In this document: piece after piece, positions 19,751-30,279 of the stretch
How the letters are laid out: each line of letters begins with the position of its first letter
Position numbering within the stretch: the first letter of the stretch is position 1
From: Sulfobacillus sp.
GTDB taxonomy: Bacteria; Bacillota; Sulfobacillia; Sulfobacillales; Sulfobacillaceae
NCBI GenBank assembly: GCA_027343695.1
Contig: DAHWKJ010000078.1
Coordinates: forward strand, 8,290-72,289
Length of the DNA stretch: 64,000 bases
Direction of reading: 5' to 3'
The notes under the pieces: model-generated
What the model was told of the DNA's origin: nothing
Databases searched by the model: none
Seen by the model: the letters and a program-made list of their open reading frames with translations, nothing else
Program-made: the position numbers and the translations under genes

Positions 19751-21087
19751 TGGGGCCTCCTAAAGGGGCTAGGTCGGGGAGTCACGGGAGATTTGAGCCA
19801 AGCACGAATGGATGCCTCGGGATCTGGGGCAGCGAGAGCCCCAACGACCCCAATCGCCACCTGCTCCCAGTGGGGCCAAAGCTTTTGCGACAAGGCTTGA
19901 ATTTCTTTTGCGGTTACCTTCCGTAAACGCTGAATAAAAAACTCATTGGTCGGGGGACAAGATTCACACAGCGCATACCGGCCTAAGCGAAACATTCGAC
20001 CTTCGGGCGTTTCGCGGGTAAACGCGAGACTGGTCTCGAGTTGAATGATGGCGCGGTCGATGTCGTCGAGCGATGGGCCTTCTTGTTGAAACCACTGCAT
20101 CTCTTCGGCAATAGCGGCCATCGCTTCCGGCACGGAAATCGGATTGAGCGCCATATGGATCGACATCTCGGCCCATTCCGGTTGCGCGTTATAGCCGGTC
20201 GACACGGTATAGACTAAGCCGTCCTGTTCCCGTAGACGTTGCCAGAGCCGTGAGGTATTTTGTCCCCCTATTATGGTCGACAACAGCAAAGTGGCGGGAT
20301 AGTCCGCACTGTCCAGGTGGGGTGCCGCCACTCCCATGAGGACTTGGACCTGTTCGGATGGCTGGACATCATGGACCTCTAATGCTTGCGCCCTAGGGAG
20401 ATGTCGCAGTGATGGCAAAGGCGCTTTGGGAGTGACTACCAGTGCTTCTTTCTCCAGGAGTGCCAAGATGTTATGGGTGCCATCGCCTGCGATGGCTATG
20501 GCGATATTGCTGGGACGGTAGTGTTTGTCGTAAAAGTCGCGTAACGTTTGGGCGTTCACCTGTCCTAGGCTTTCTGCAGAGCCCAGGACGTCGTGGGTTA
20601 GGGCGGAGTCCATCCATAGCGCCTTCATGTAAGCCATTTCACACCGATCTTCGAGGTCGTCGAGGGCCTCCAGCAGTTCTTCTTTAATCACGTTACGTTC
20701 ACGTGCGACGTCCGCGTCACGCAGCCATGGATGAGCTACCATATTCCACAATAAACGCCATGCTTGGGGCGCCAGAGGCGTTAGGACTTTCGCATAATAG
20801 CAAGTGTAGTCGCGCGTGGTATAGGCATTCACTTCACCGCCGAGAAGGTCCATTTGCGTCGCGATCGCGTGGCTATCGAGGGGCCCCGCGCCCTTAAATA
20901 CGAGGTGTTCAAGAAAATGTGCCATCCCTTCTTGATCAACAGACTCATCTCGAGATCCTACCCCGACAAAAATACCGATCGCCGTCGTGCCTAGCGATCC
21001 ATGGTCGTCGTAGGCTACGCGGATGCCTGACGGCAAGGTTTTCAAATAGTCGATACAGTTCGCCCTCCTAGTGGGGCCGGGACGCAT
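19747..21087 (-). CDS. M16-family zinc peptidase (MlpA/YmxG-like)
   Basis: Inverted zinc motif 'HFLEH' in 'GMAHFLEHLVFKG'. The start is uncertain: the track ORF begins at GTG 21168, the first ATG is at 21087, and an AGGAGG lies just downstream of that ATG. Confidence 0.85.
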   Translation of the reverse strand: MRPGPTRRANCIDYLKTLPSGIRVAYDDHGSLGTTAIGIFVGVGSRDESVDQEGMAHFLEHLVFKGAGPLDSHAIATQMDLLGGEVNAYTTRDYTCYYAKVLTPLAPQAWRLLWNMVAHPWLRDADVARERNVIKEELLEALDDLEDRCEMAYMKALWMDSALTHDVLGSAESLGQVNAQTLRDFYDKHYRPSNIAIAIAGDGTHNILALLEKEALVVTPKAPLPSLRHLPRAQALEVHDVQPSEQVQVLMGVAAPHLDSADYPATLLLSTIIGGQNTSRLWQRLREQDGLVYTVSTGYNAQPEWAEMSIHMALNPISVPEAMAAIAEEMQWFQQEGPSLDDIDRAIIQLETSLAFTRETPEGRMFRLGRYALCESCPPTNEFFIQRLRKVTAKEIQALSQKLWPHWEQVAIGVVGALAAPDPEASIRAWLKSPVTPRPSPFRRPH

Positions 21088-21210
21088 CGCTGATGCACCC
21101 GGGATCAAAATATCAGGGGATGATGTGGTCAAACGGCATACCCCAACGTCAAGGCTACCGTACCACACGACCCTAGTTCCCGCAAAGAGTTCGCGTCGAC
21201 GACGTCTTGG

Positions 21211-21948
21211 CTAGCCATCGGACTGGGGAGTGCCCATCCCGAGTAATTGCGACACAGTCACGAGACGATAGCCGCCCTGTTTCAGACGTTGAATAATCAT
21301 TGGGAGCGCCACCACCGTGCGATTGGTGGGATGCATCAGAACGATGGCACCGGGCTTCGCTAACCGGAGAACTTTAGCCACCATGTAAGGCACGCTGCTG
21401 GAAGGACTCCAATCAATGGTATCGATGGTCCACATCACTAAAGGCATCGATAGAGCGCTGCTGGCCTTTAGTACGGTTGGATTAAATTCCCCATAAGGAG
21501 GGGCAAACACTTGGGGTTTGGTTCCCATAATACCCTCAATGACGGTATTGGTGTCTTGAATCTGGCGAAGATTTTCCGCATAGGACAACTGGTTTGGATG
21601 CGGATGGTTCCACCCGTGGTTACCGATTTCCATTCCGGCGGACGCAATGTCTTTGACCAGCGCAGGATGAGCCTTAGCCCAAGCCCCGCCTAGCATGAAC
21701 GTGGCGTGGACATGGTTTTGTTTCAAGTCTTCTAACATTTGGGGGAGAAATTCGGTTCCCCACACCACATTTATGGTGAGGGCTATTGCGCGTTGCTGAG
21801 TATCGACGCGGTACACCGGACCCGCTGGAGGTGCCCCAACCGGATGGGATGGCTCAGGAAAAAAGAACCACAGGCTTAATACCAAGAGGCCGAGCAAATA
21901 TACGAAACGTGCCCCAGTGGAGCGCAATGACACGACTTGGACCCACAT
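21211..21948 (-). CDS. Polysaccharide deacetylase (NodB domain, YlxY-like), membrane anchored
   Basis: 245 aa with an N-terminal TM helix. NodB blocks 'ATFMLGGAW' and 'EIGNHGWNHPH'. Confidence 0.8.
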   Translation of the reverse strand: MWVQVVSLRSTGARFVYLLGLLVLSLWFFFPEPSHPVGAPPAGPVYRVDTQQRAIALTINVVWGTEFLPQMLEDLKQNHVHATFMLGGAWAKAHPALVKDIASAGMEIGNHGWNHPHPNQLSYAENLRQIQDTNTVIEGIMGTKPQVFAPPYGEFNPTVLKASSALSMPLVMWTIDTIDWSPSSSVPYMVAKVLRLAKPGAIVLMHPTNRTVVALPMIIQRLKQGGYRLVTVSQLLGMGTPQSDG

Positions 21949-22003
21949 CGTCTAATCCCCCCTGGGACAGTCCTATGTAGGTCCTGCGCTCTTTAGAACG
22001 CGG

Positions 22004-23788
22004 CTAATCCGGGTTCAATGTCCATAAGTGTCCTTTGCGCCTGAGGCGTTGGGATTCGCAGAGGGTGGTCACCACGCCGGCATGGGGGAAGAGTTGAGGG
22101 AAATTGCCATGAGGGTCTCCGGTCACCGGGTCAACGTGCTCGGCAAAAAGGCCTAAGGACGTGGTAAGGGATAACTGCCGGGCAATCAAGGCCTCAGCGC
22201 GCTCGCGCTCCCCCATCCTTAAATAGACCCTGGCAAGCCAAAATCCAGCGAGTGTAAAAGGAAATGCCACATCTCCCATATTATCTTTTTGATAGCGCAT
22301 GACCGTGTCATCAACCACCAAAGATTCCTCAATCTTTTGAAGCGTAGCCTGAAAGGTCTTGTCGCGAACTGACACGAAGCCATATAGCGGCATCAAGAGC
22401 AGCGCGGCATCGACGACCGGATGCCCGGCACCTTGCCCGAAATAGGGCAGACCGGATTGCGCCTGTCGATGCCAAATCGAGCGCATCACATCGTTAGCTG
22501 ATGCTTGCCAGTGTTCGGCTGTGGTATTCAGGTTCATCACTTCATGAGCCAATACGGCGCCAACTCGTAATGCGACCCAACACATGAGTTGCGAATGAAG
22601 ATAATAATCTTGGTCTCCCCGGAACTCCCATAAAGAAGCATCGGGCTGTTGCCAATTGTCTTGAACCCAATCTACCAGCGCCGTGACTGCCCACCAGTAA
22701 TCGCGCACAAATGTGCTGTCTTGGCTTTCTTCCCAGTAGGCGTATACGACCCATAACAAATCGCCCTCAATATCGAGTTGCAGTTGGTCTGTCGCCCCAT
22801 TCCCGACCCGAACCGGTCGCGAATTCTGGTGTCCCGCCAACCACAGCAGTTCCCGTTCACCTTCAATGCGGGTTCCGTCTACCTGGTAAAATGGGGCTGA
22901 AAATGGTTTGTCGACCAGATCGATGGTGTTGAACATAAATTCTAAAAACCTTCTACAGCCTACGGTGTCGCCGGCCATCAGAAGTGCTTCGGCGCCATAG
23001 GCGCCGTCCCGAACCCAAACAAAGCGGTAGTCCCATTGGCGCGAATGACCGACGATTTCCGGTAACGAAGTTGTGGCCGCTGCCAACAACGCGCCGTTGA
23101 TACGGTAAGTCAGTCCTCGAATAGTTAAGAGGCTACGGTTGAACAGTTCGAGTTGTGGGCCTTGGTAAGGGCTCGTGGGCTGGGCCCAAAATTGGTTGGT
23201 AACCCGCTCGATTTTGTCGGCTTGATCACTAGTGCAGAGCGTAGGAGCCGACTCGTTGCCCAAATGCGCGACATAACTGAGAGTGATGGTGACATTTCCA
23301 GGCCCCACCTCCCATTGATCTCGATGGGAAGACTTTTTGTGGGCCCCCGCAATGTTCAGATAGAGACCTTCGCGGCCATTAGGATGGGAAAACCGGGCTC
23401 CGGTTTCAGTAATTTCATAGCTGGCGATAGCATAGCCAAATCCAAAAGTGGGACGGCAGGTCAATACTAACGGAACGGGCGTTGTCAGACGCCGCCAAAA
23501 GCTGGTGGTACCAATGGGCAAAAAGTCGCGGATGGTTATAAGATCTTCCCCGCTACGATAGCGCGTTTCCAGCGTGTGGGTCTTTGCTACGTAATGTTGT
23601 TCGGAGGTAAATTCCTTCGCAGGCAAGGTACTGAAAAAGCCGCCATGAGTTTCATCGAGGAGTCGGCAAAACACAGCGTCGCCATCAAAACGGGGAAAGG
23701 GCAACCAGACTAAAATTCCCGTGGGATCCACTAACGCTGAAGTGTAGGTGTTGGATAGGAATCCATAGTAACGTACGCCTTCTGTCAT
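22004..23788 (-). CDS. Glycoside hydrolase family 15 (glucoamylase/trehalase-like)
   Basis: 594 aa with 'YGFLSNTYTSALVDPTGILVWLPFPRFD', 'DYRFVWVRDGAY' and 'WEFRG', typical of bacterial and archaeal GH15 enzymes. Confidence 0.85.
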   Translation of the reverse strand: MTEGVRYYGFLSNTYTSALVDPTGILVWLPFPRFDGDAVFCRLLDETHGGFFSTLPAKEFTSEQHYVAKTHTLETRYRSGEDLITIRDFLPIGTTSFWRRLTTPVPLVLTCRPTFGFGYAIASYEITETGARFSHPNGREGLYLNIAGAHKKSSHRDQWEVGPGNVTITLSYVAHLGNESAPTLCTSDQADKIERVTNQFWAQPTSPYQGPQLELFNRSLLTIRGLTYRINGALLAAATTSLPEIVGHSRQWDYRFVWVRDGAYGAEALLMAGDTVGCRRFLEFMFNTIDLVDKPFSAPFYQVDGTRIEGERELLWLAGHQNSRPVRVGNGATDQLQLDIEGDLLWVVYAYWEESQDSTFVRDYWWAVTALVDWVQDNWQQPDASLWEFRGDQDYYLHSQLMCWVALRVGAVLAHEVMNLNTTAEHWQASANDVMRSIWHRQAQSGLPYFGQGAGHPVVDAALLLMPLYGFVSVRDKTFQATLQKIEESLVVDDTVMRYQKDNMGDVAFPFTLAGFWLARVYLRMGERERAEALIARQLSLTTSLGLFAEHVDPVTGDPHGNFPQLFPHAGVVTTLCESQRLRRKGHLWTLNPD

Positions 23789-24627
23789 TAAAGGACCTCC
23801 TTAGCAATCGATGCGATGATTTGTAAGTCTTCACTCCGGGCTTGGGCTGTTTTCCCCGGCGTCTCAAGGATGAGAGGCCACTGATACTCGTCCGCAGTTT
23901 GAATGATAGCGCCCAATGCCGAAGCAGTTAAGCATCCGGTGAGCAGTGCGGCATGGCGGTCGCGCCGCGACGCCACCGGATACGCCGTGTCGTTCAAATG
24001 GACCCCCTTGATGCGCGATAGGCCCACGGTGTCTCTAATCACTGCGCACAAATGATGCCAATCCTCCTCCGTCGAAAGGGGATGGCCGTATGCCATCGCA
24101 TGAGCCGTATCTAACATGATACCCACTCGAGGAGTGGGACCGATTTGCCCCAAAATCCGCGCCAACGCCTCAAATCGTGCGCCTATTTCCTTCCCTTGTC
24201 CCGAGGCATTTTCGATCAAAATCCGGCCCGGTTTCGACAGGAGGTGCAACACCGTCCGCGAAAAGGCATCCAGGGCATCTCGTTCTGTAGTGGCTCCTTG
24301 GCGGTGTCCCGGATGGATCACCAAAAAGTCTCCAGTTAGATGCTTAACCCGGAGCATTTCGTCTCCTAGAACTTGGTGAGCACGTTCCACCATGGCGGGG
24401 TCCACGGCCGCCGGGTTTACAAAGTACGGGGCATGCACAAAAAGCGGCCGGATATTTGCACCGGCCAACCATTGCGCCATCTCTGCGGGGTTCGGAAGGC
24501 CTCGACTCTGTCCGCCGACTGGACTTCGACTAAAAATTTGTAGGCTATTCAGAGCCGCCTGCCGAGCCTCTTCAATGGTCTCCGCTATGCCCCGAGAAAG
24601 AGACAACTGAGCACCAACTCGAATCAC
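23788..24627 (-). CDS. nfo: Deoxyribonuclease IV (AP endonuclease, Nfo family)
   Basis: 279 aa with metal-ligand blocks 'FVHAPYFVN', 'LVIHPG', '[10 protein letters not shown]', 'LDTAHA' and 'VHLND'. It overlaps the pnp stop by 4 nt. Confidence 0.88.
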   Translation of the reverse strand: MIRVGAQLSLSRGIAETIEEARQAALNSLQIFSRSPVGGQSRGLPNPAEMAQWLAGANIRPLFVHAPYFVNPAAVDPAMVERAHQVLGDEMLRVKHLTGDFLVIHPGHRQGATTERDALDAFSRTVLHLLSKPGRILIENASGQGKEIGARFEALARILGQIGPTPRVGIMLDTAHAMAYGHPLSTEEDWHHLCAVIRDTVGLSRIKGVHLNDTAYPVASRRDRHAALLTGCLTASALGAIIQTADEYQWPLILETPGKTAQARSEDLQIIASIAKEVL

Positions 24628-26831
24628 CGCATATCCCTGCGGGGTCCGTTGTCTCGGGGACGTCGAGGTCCGCTCGGTCGCCCCGAGCTAAAGCCTCGAC
24701 CTTCATCCTTATGCTCCGAGGGAACAAACCCTTCTGGCATCGGAATTAAGTCTTTGTGCGAGAGGTTGATCCGCCCGGCGTGGTCAATCTCTACCACTCT
24801 TACCTTCAACGTATCCCCAACCTTTACGACATCTTCGACTTTGTTCACCCGTTGATGAGCTAATTGAGAGATGTGCACCAAACCTTCTTTACCTGGTAGC
24901 ACTTCCACAAACGCCCCAAAGTTCATAAGGCGCGTAACGCGACCCTCATAAATTTGGCCCACTTCCACCGAACGTACCAAATCTTGAATCATGCCCACCA
25001 CTCGGGTGGCGACTTCGGCGTTTATGGCTGCAATATAGATCGTCCCATCATCTTGGATATCGATGTCAACCTTCTTATCCCCAACACGTGTCGCTTCAAT
25101 CATCTTATTAATGGTTTTACCACCCGGTCCTATCACTTCGCGAATTTTTTCGGGGTCGATAGTCACCGTCAAAATGCGAGGCGCATGAACCGATAGTTCT
25201 TGGCGTGGGGTGGGAATCACCGCACGCATCTTGTCCAAAATAAATAGACGGGCTTGACGAGCTTGTTCCAGAGCTTGGGTCAAGATGGCACGGTCCAAAC
25301 CGTGGATCTTGATATCCATTTGAATCGCAGTAATACCCACTTCCGTTCCAGCGACTTTGAAATCCATGTCTCCGAGTGCGTCCTCGAGACCTTGGATATC
25401 GGTAAGAATCGCGAGACCTTCGTCGTCTTTAACTAGTCCCATCGCAATGCCCGCCACGGGTGCTTTAATCGGGACACCTCCATCCATTAACGCGAGGGTG
25501 CTGCCGCATACCGAGGCCATGGAAGAAGACCCATTCGACTCGAGAATGTCCGAAACGAGTCGCAATGTATACGGAAATTCGGACTCGGTCGGAATCACGG
25601 GTTCTAGAGCACGACCAGCCAATGCACCATGTCCAATCGCTCGGCGATTGGGTCCTCGCATAGGGCCCGATTCACCAGTGGCGAAGGGCGGGAAATTGTA
25701 ATGATGCATGTAACGCCGAGATTCCATCTCCCCGATCCCGTCGATCATTTGTTGATCGGAGAGCGGACCTAGCGTCATCGCGGTGAGAGCTTGAGTCTGG
25801 CCACGCGTGAAAAGTCCCGTGCCATGAACGCGGGGTAACACGCCGACCTCCACACTGATGGGTCGGATTTCCGTAAGGCCGCGACCATCCGGTCGGATAC
25901 CTTCTCGAATAATGGCACGTCGTACCACTTTTTTCAGAAGCGATTTCAGGACCGCTGGAATCACTAAGACTTGGTCCGGGAATTGTTCGGCTAAACTCGC
26001 GGTGGTCTCTTGGTTCACCTCGGCGATTCGGGATTCGCGTTCGATCTTATCATGAGTCCGCATCGCGCTCATAAGCTTTTCTTCTGCGGCTTCACGTGCC
26101 GCCTGAACCAATTCCGGATTGGGCAAGAATACCGGGAATTCGGTTTTGGCCTTTCCAGCCCGAGTCTGAAACTCAGCGATCCCGGCAATGATGCGGCGAA
26201 TTTCTTCGTGCCCGAAAAGAATAGCCTCCAGCATTTGTTGTTCGGTAATGATATTGGCCCCAGCCTCAATCATCAAAATGGCCTCGCGAGTGCCGGCAAT
26301 CATTAATTTTAAGTCGCTTTTGGCGGATTGTTCTGAGGTTGGGTTGGCCACTAACTGATTATCTACCAGCCCTACTTCCACGGCCCCGATGGGCCCAGCA
26401 AACGGGATATTCGAAATACTTAGGGCCGCTGAAGCCCCAATCATGCCACAGACTTCGGGTGAGTGGTCGTGGTCGACGGATAAGATGCTTGCCACTACAT
26501 GCACGTCATTACGAAAACCGTCGGGAAATAGGGGCCGAATCGGTCGATCGGTCAAACGCGCCGCCAAAATAGCCTGTTCACTGGGCCGACCTTCCCGTTT
26601 GATGAAGCCTCCTGGAATCTTTCCAACGGAATATAACCGCTCTTCGAAATCTACGGTGAGAGGGAAAAAGTCGATGCCTTGGCGGGGTTCTCGCGATGCC
26701 ACAGCCGTTACCAGCACGACGGTTTCTCCATAGCGTACCACCACCGCACCATTGGCTTGACGCGCCATGCGTCCGGTTTCGAGTGTCATCACCCGGCCCC
26801 CGACAATAAAATCGGTTGTAATCACTTCCAT
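24624..26831 (-). CDS. pnp: Polyribonucleotide nucleotidyltransferase (PNPase)
   Basis: Two RNase PH domains plus KH and S1 domains ('[15 protein letters not shown]'). The start is reset to ATG 26831 (MEVITTDF...) behind AGGAGG. The track ORF adds 16 codons. Confidence 0.95.
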   Translation of the reverse strand: MEVITTDFIVGGRVMTLETGRMARQANGAVVVRYGETVVLVTAVASREPRQGIDFFPLTVDFEERLYSVGKIPGGFIKREGRPSEQAILAARLTDRPIRPLFPDGFRNDVHVVASILSVDHDHSPEVCGMIGASAALSISNIPFAGPIGAVEVGLVDNQLVANPTSEQSAKSDLKLMIAGTREAILMIEAGANIITEQQMLEAILFGHEEIRRIIAGIAEFQTRAGKAKTEFPVFLPNPELVQAAREAAEEKLMSAMRTHDKIERESRIAEVNQETTASLAEQFPDQVLVIPAVLKSLLKKVVRRAIIREGIRPDGRGLTEIRPISVEVGVLPRVHGTGLFTRGQTQALTAMTLGPLSDQQMIDGIGEMESRRYMHHYNFPPFATGESGPMRGPNRRAIGHGALAGRALEPVIPTESEFPYTLRLVSDILESNGSSSMASVCGSTLALMDGGVPIKAPVAGIAMGLVKDDEGLAILTDIQGLEDALGDMDFKVAGTEVGITAIQMDIKIHGLDRAILTQALEQARQARLFILDKMRAVIPTPRQELSVHAPRILTVTIDPEKIREVIGPGGKTINKMIEATRVGDKKVDIDIQDDGTIYIAAINAEVATRVVGMIQDLVRSVEVGQIYEGRVTRLMNFGAFVEVLPGKEGLVHISQLAHQRVNKVEDVVKVGDTLKVRVVEIDHAGRINLSHKDLIPMPEGFVPSEHKDEGRGFSSGRPSGPRRPRDNGPRRDMR

Positions 26832-26913
26832 ATGTATACGTATCCTCCTGTCGTCTCCGGTGGGTCTAATAGTATCCAAAAATTTAAGGTCGAGTATTGC
26901 CTGCCAAGTTGGG

Positions 26914-26940
26914 AAAAAAGAGCGGGTCCATGCCCCGCTC
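26914..26940 (-). terminator. Intrinsic terminator after rpsO
   Basis: The minus strand reads GAGCGGG-gcaugga-CCCGCUC followed by UUUUUU. It starts at the rpsO stop codon, upstream of pnp. Confidence 0.8.
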
Positions 26941-27209
26941 TAACGACGTAATCCCAATCCTTGTACAATCGCATGATACCGCTCATTATCTTTTTTACGA
27001 AGATAGTTGAGTAGTGCCCGGCGTTGACCTACCATTTGTAGTAATCCACGTCGAGAGTGGTGGTCCTTTTTGTGGATCTTTAAATGTTCGGTAAGTTCGC
27101 TAATGCGGCGACTGAGTAACGCGATTTGCACTTCGGGAGATCCCGTGTCCGATTCGTGTTGTCGATGAGCCGCAATAATGGTTTGTTTCTTTTCGTTCTC
27201 AAGAGCCAT
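26940..27209 (-). CDS. rpsO: 30S ribosomal protein S15
   Basis: 89 aa with '[35 protein letters not shown]'. AAGGAGG SD is present. Confidence 0.95.
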   Translation of the reverse strand: MALENEKKQTIIAAHRQHESDTGSPEVQIALLSRRISELTEHLKIHKKDHHSRRGLLQMVGQRRALLNYLRKKDNERYHAIVQGLGLRR

Positions 27210-27231
27210 CGCCTAGCCTCCTTTCGCTAAG

Positions 27232-27435
27232 TTAATTGGCGGGCGTCGCGGTGTGGATTTCATCTTCATCCGCCAATAACGAGAGTAATACATCCTGGTA
27301 CGCCTGTACCGCCGGTTGTGGCACACCCGCACGTCGATAAAGGTCCTCTAATTGGTGTTGAAGCCGTTTAAATTGGCCTGTGACACAAATTGTTGAGATC
27401 TTACCGACCATATCTCGCCACAGATCGGTTTCCAT
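27232..27435 (-). CDS. Hypothetical 67-aa protein (or part of an rpsO leader)
   Basis: The ORF 'METDLWRDMVGKISTICVTGQFKRLQHQLEDLYRR...' starts about 23 nt downstream of a predicted promoter and ends 22 nt before rpsO. No family recognised. Confidence 0.35.
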   Translation of the reverse strand: METDLWRDMVGKISTICVTGQFKRLQHQLEDLYRRAGVPQPAVQAYQDVLLSLLADEDEIHTATPAN

Positions 27436-27464
27436 CTAGGTTGCCCCCAATCCACAGACACTTA

Positions 27465-27494
27465 ATTGTAACATACGGCGTTGACGTCGAGCAA
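27465..27494 (-). promoter_or_regulatory. Sigma-A-type promoter upstream of the 67-codon ORF and rpsO
   Basis: On the minus strand: TTGCTC (27489-27494), 18-nt spacer, TGtTACAAT extended -10 (27465-27470). It lies 2 nt after the ribF stop. Confidence 0.5.
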
Positions 27495-27495
27495 G

Positions 27496-28425
27496 CTATG
27501 ACAAGCCCTGCAACCGATGCTCCGCTTGTGCCAGGTCGCGTCCGATTTGGTCGACTAAGTCGGCTGTCGAGGAGAACTTCTGCTCGGGTCGGAGATATTG
27601 GATGAACTCGAACCGGAGAGAACCAGAAAACTGCCAGCTTCCCTGTTCCAGAACGTGAATCTCCAGGACGGGATCAGTACCTCCAAAGGTCGGGCGTATA
27701 CCCCAGTTAGCAGCAGCCTTATGGCGATTGTGACCCGTTTCCAGCATCCCAGCATAGACCCCAAACGGTGGCATTAATTGTTGTCGCGGTGGCAATATAT
27801 TGGCCGTGGGTATGCCCATGGTCCGACCCCTTCCATCGCCTCGGGTCATCTCTCCCTGCACGGCAAACGGGTGGCCCAGAAGCTTTTGAGCGACCTCCAT
27901 CTTGCCGTTTCGAACGGACTCGCGAATTACGCTACTGGATACCACCCGATCTTCCAATGGGGCCACGACCGGCTCCACAACCTCCACTTGGACCTGACGG
28001 TTCCGTCCCCATTCTTGGATCGTTTCCGGGGTTCCAAGTCCTCCGGCACCAAACGTAAAATTATAGCCTACGACAATCGCCGCAGCCCTTAGTCGTTGTG
28101 CGAGATAGAGTTCCAGAAACGCCAACGGGGGAATCGCGGCAGTGTCCATGGTAAACGGAATCACGTCAACCCAGGGCACACCGAGTTGACTCAGATACGC
28201 GAGCTTGAGTTCTAGTGGAGTCAATAAATAGGGGCCAATACCGGGGCGCAGAACCTCTAAAGGGTGCGGGTCAAAGGTCATCGCCACCATTTCTAGGTCA
28301 AGTCGCAAGGAGAGCTCATGGCTTTTGGCTAATAAGGCCTGATGCCCTAAATGAACTCCATCAAAGTTTCCAATGGTCGTCACGCTGGAGCGTGACGGAC
28401 GGTCGTGCTCACTAATCCGGCGCAT
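27496..28425 (-). CDS. ribF: Bifunctional riboflavin kinase / FMN adenylyltransferase
   Basis: 309 aa with 'TIGNFDGVHLGHQALL' and the kinase half 'GRTMGIPTANI'. Confidence 0.92.
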   Translation of the reverse strand: MRRISEHDRPSRSSVTTIGNFDGVHLGHQALLAKSHELSLRLDLEMVAMTFDPHPLEVLRPGIGPYLLTPLELKLAYLSQLGVPWVDVIPFTMDTAAIPPLAFLELYLAQRLRAAAIVVGYNFTFGAGGLGTPETIQEWGRNRQVQVEVVEPVVAPLEDRVVSSSVIRESVRNGKMEVAQKLLGHPFAVQGEMTRGDGRGRTMGIPTANILPPRQQLMPPFGVYAGMLETGHNRHKAAANWGIRPTFGGTDPVLEIHVLEQGSWQFSGSLRFEFIQYLRPEQKFSSTADLVDQIGRDLAQAEHRLQGLS

Positions 28426-29314
28426 GGGATTCGTCCTTTATCAGTACTTTAATGTAACGCTTCCTGGTTCCATCGACTATGGCCATGATATCACCATCGA
28501 TACTCAATGCAACTAAAGAATTGGGGAGGCCTGGCAGGTGGTCCAATACGTCTTGACGGCCGTGACGTATTGCATTGCGGAAGTCCGGCGCAACATCCTT
28601 TTGAGGCATATTAAGGAACTTTGACCAGGAATTTAGGGCTTCCACGTTCCTAGACCCCAGGCTATGAAGAGCTTCTAAGGTCCATGCCTGGTCTTCAAGA
28701 AAGTGACCAACTTGGATGCGTTCGAGCCTCTCGAGATGAGCGCTATGTCCTAGCAGAAAGCCCCAATCTCTCACCAAAGCGCGGATGTAGGTACCGGTAC
28801 CGACCGACGCCTCAAATTGCCACTCTTGACCCGAACCCGCGATAAGGGTTAACGCGTCAACCACGACCGTCCGAGGAGCGGGCCATACTGCGATGCCCTT
28901 TCGAGCATTGGCATAGAGGCGTTGTCCATCTTGCTGGATGGCGGATACTCGCGGAGGAATTTGAATCCGTGTCCCCACCAGCCAACGTGCCTGTTGGTGG
29001 ATGTCGTGACGGGTTGGCCAAGGAGGGCCTGATTGACTTGTCACCTGACCTTGAGCATCGCCTGAGGAAGTGCCTACGCCCAGAATCATCCAACCCCGAT
29101 AAATCTTCGGCGTCAGGCCAACCCAGGGAATAAGCTTGGTGTATCGACCCACAGCGATTGGCAACACCCCCTGTGCATCGGGATCCAAAGTGCCTAAGTG
29201 TCCAACTTCTCGACAATGAAAGAGGCGGCGTATTTGGCTAACTACCGCATGGGAAGTCATCCCTCTCGGTTTAAGGACATTCAGAAAACCTTCGGCTTTG
29301 CGAGGAGTTACCAT
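28412..29314 (-). CDS. truB: tRNA pseudouridine(55) synthase
   Basis: Contains 'LNVLKPRGMTSHAVV' and the catalytic 'GHLGTLDPDAQGVL'. The start is reset to ATG 29314 (MVTPRKAEGF...). The track ORF's 37 extra codons overlap nrnA. Confidence 0.92.
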   Translation of the reverse strand: MVTPRKAEGFLNVLKPRGMTSHAVVSQIRRLFHCREVGHLGTLDPDAQGVLPIAVGRYTKLIPWVGLTPKIYRGWMILGVGTSSGDAQGQVTSQSGPPWPTRHDIHQQARWLVGTRIQIPPRVSAIQQDGQRLYANARKGIAVWPAPRTVVVDALTLIAGSGQEWQFEASVGTGTYIRALVRDWGFLLGHSAHLERLERIQVGHFLEDQAWTLEALHSLGSRNVEALNSWSKFLNMPQKDVAPDFRNAIRHGRQDVLDHLPGLPNSLVALSIDGDIMAIVDGTRKRYIKVLIKDESHAPD

Positions 29315-30279
29315 ACGAGTTCGGCCACGCGCTTCAGCACCGCGTCTTCTGCGGCATCGAGTCCCAAATTGACCACCGCTGCGCTCGAATAGACGTGTCC
29401 ACCACCCCCAAAGTGATGTGCCCATTGCGATACGTCAAAGCACGCCGAACGCCAACTGATTTTGACACTGCCCCCGGGATCCATCTCTCTTAGGACGACC
29501 GCCACTTCGGCGGTCTGTATCGGCCGAATCCAATCAATCAAGGCATCCGCATCAGAATCGCTCACATGGAGCGCGTGCATCACCTCATAGGGTAGGGCCA
29601 CCCACACCACGCGGCGCGACGGGGATGCCTTGACATGGGTTAGAGCCCATCCGGCCAGGGCTGTTTCGGTCCAGGTCCGTTGAGCCCACAATGCTTGGTT
29701 AACCTTGCCGAAGTCGGCAATCTCGCGAGAGAGAACGCTCGCCACGGCTAATGCTTCCGAGGATGTCCATGGATACATAAAGGAGCCGGTGTCCGTGCTG
29801 AGGGAAGTATAGAGCGCCGTGGCAATAAAGTCCGACAGCGGATGTTGCCAATTGAGGAGCAGTTGATAAATAAGCACGCCGGTAGCATTTGCGGTGTGGT
29901 CAACCCAGTTAATGTGGGCAAACCCAGGATTACTGGCATGATGGTCGATGTTAATGAGAAGACGACCCGCTTCTCGGGTTTTTTCTTCGTTTCCCGTGCG
30001 GCGAATGTCTCCACAGTCCACTGTAACCACGACGTCAAAAGAGTCCTTTCGTACGTCGTCCCAGGTTAGAATGGATCGACCCTGGGTCAAGTAGTCATAG
30101 CGTTTATCGATGGGGTTAGCACAGACGAGCACGACGTTTTTACCTCGGTCGCTTAAGGCTTGTCCTAGAGCCAACGCCGAGCCTGTGGTGTCGCCGTCAG
30201 GGTGGACATGCATCACCACCAACACGTTCGCCGCTTGATCTAGGGCTTCCCGAACTTGTCGCAACGGATTACTCATCAT
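29308..30279 (-). CDS. nrnA: DHH/DHHA1 phosphoesterase (NrnA-like oligoribonuclease/pAp phosphatase)
   Basis: 323 aa with 'HVHPDGDTTGSALAL', 'TVDCGD', 'IDHHASN' and C-terminal 'GGGHVYSSA'. Confidence 0.85.
   Translation of the reverse strand: MMSNPLRQVREALDQAANVLVVMHVHPDGDTTGSALALGQALSDRGKNVVLVCANPIDKRYDYLTQGRSILTWDDVRKDSFDVVVTVDCGDIRRTGNEEKTREAGRLLINIDHHASNPGFAHINWVDHTANATGVLIYQLLLNWQHPLSDFIATALYTSLSTDTGSFMYPWTSSEALAVASVLSREIADFGKVNQALWAQRTWTETALAGWALTHVKASPSRRVVWVALPYEVMHALHVSDSDADALIDWIRPIQTAEVAVVLREMDPGGSVKISWRSACFDVSQWAHHFGGGGHVYSSAAVVNLGLDAAEDAVLKRVAELVW

Noticed and set aside
26832-26879. N-terminal extensions in the ORF track for pnp, and likewise for truB, tsf, cdsA, surE, dinG, the histidine phosphatase, infB, miaB, hflX and the LysM protein.
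   Set aside because: The track takes the longest ATG/GTG/TTG ORF. In each case an internal start has a proper SD or an ATGA stop-start overlap, gives the canonical family N-terminus, and removes overlap with the upstream gene or promoter.
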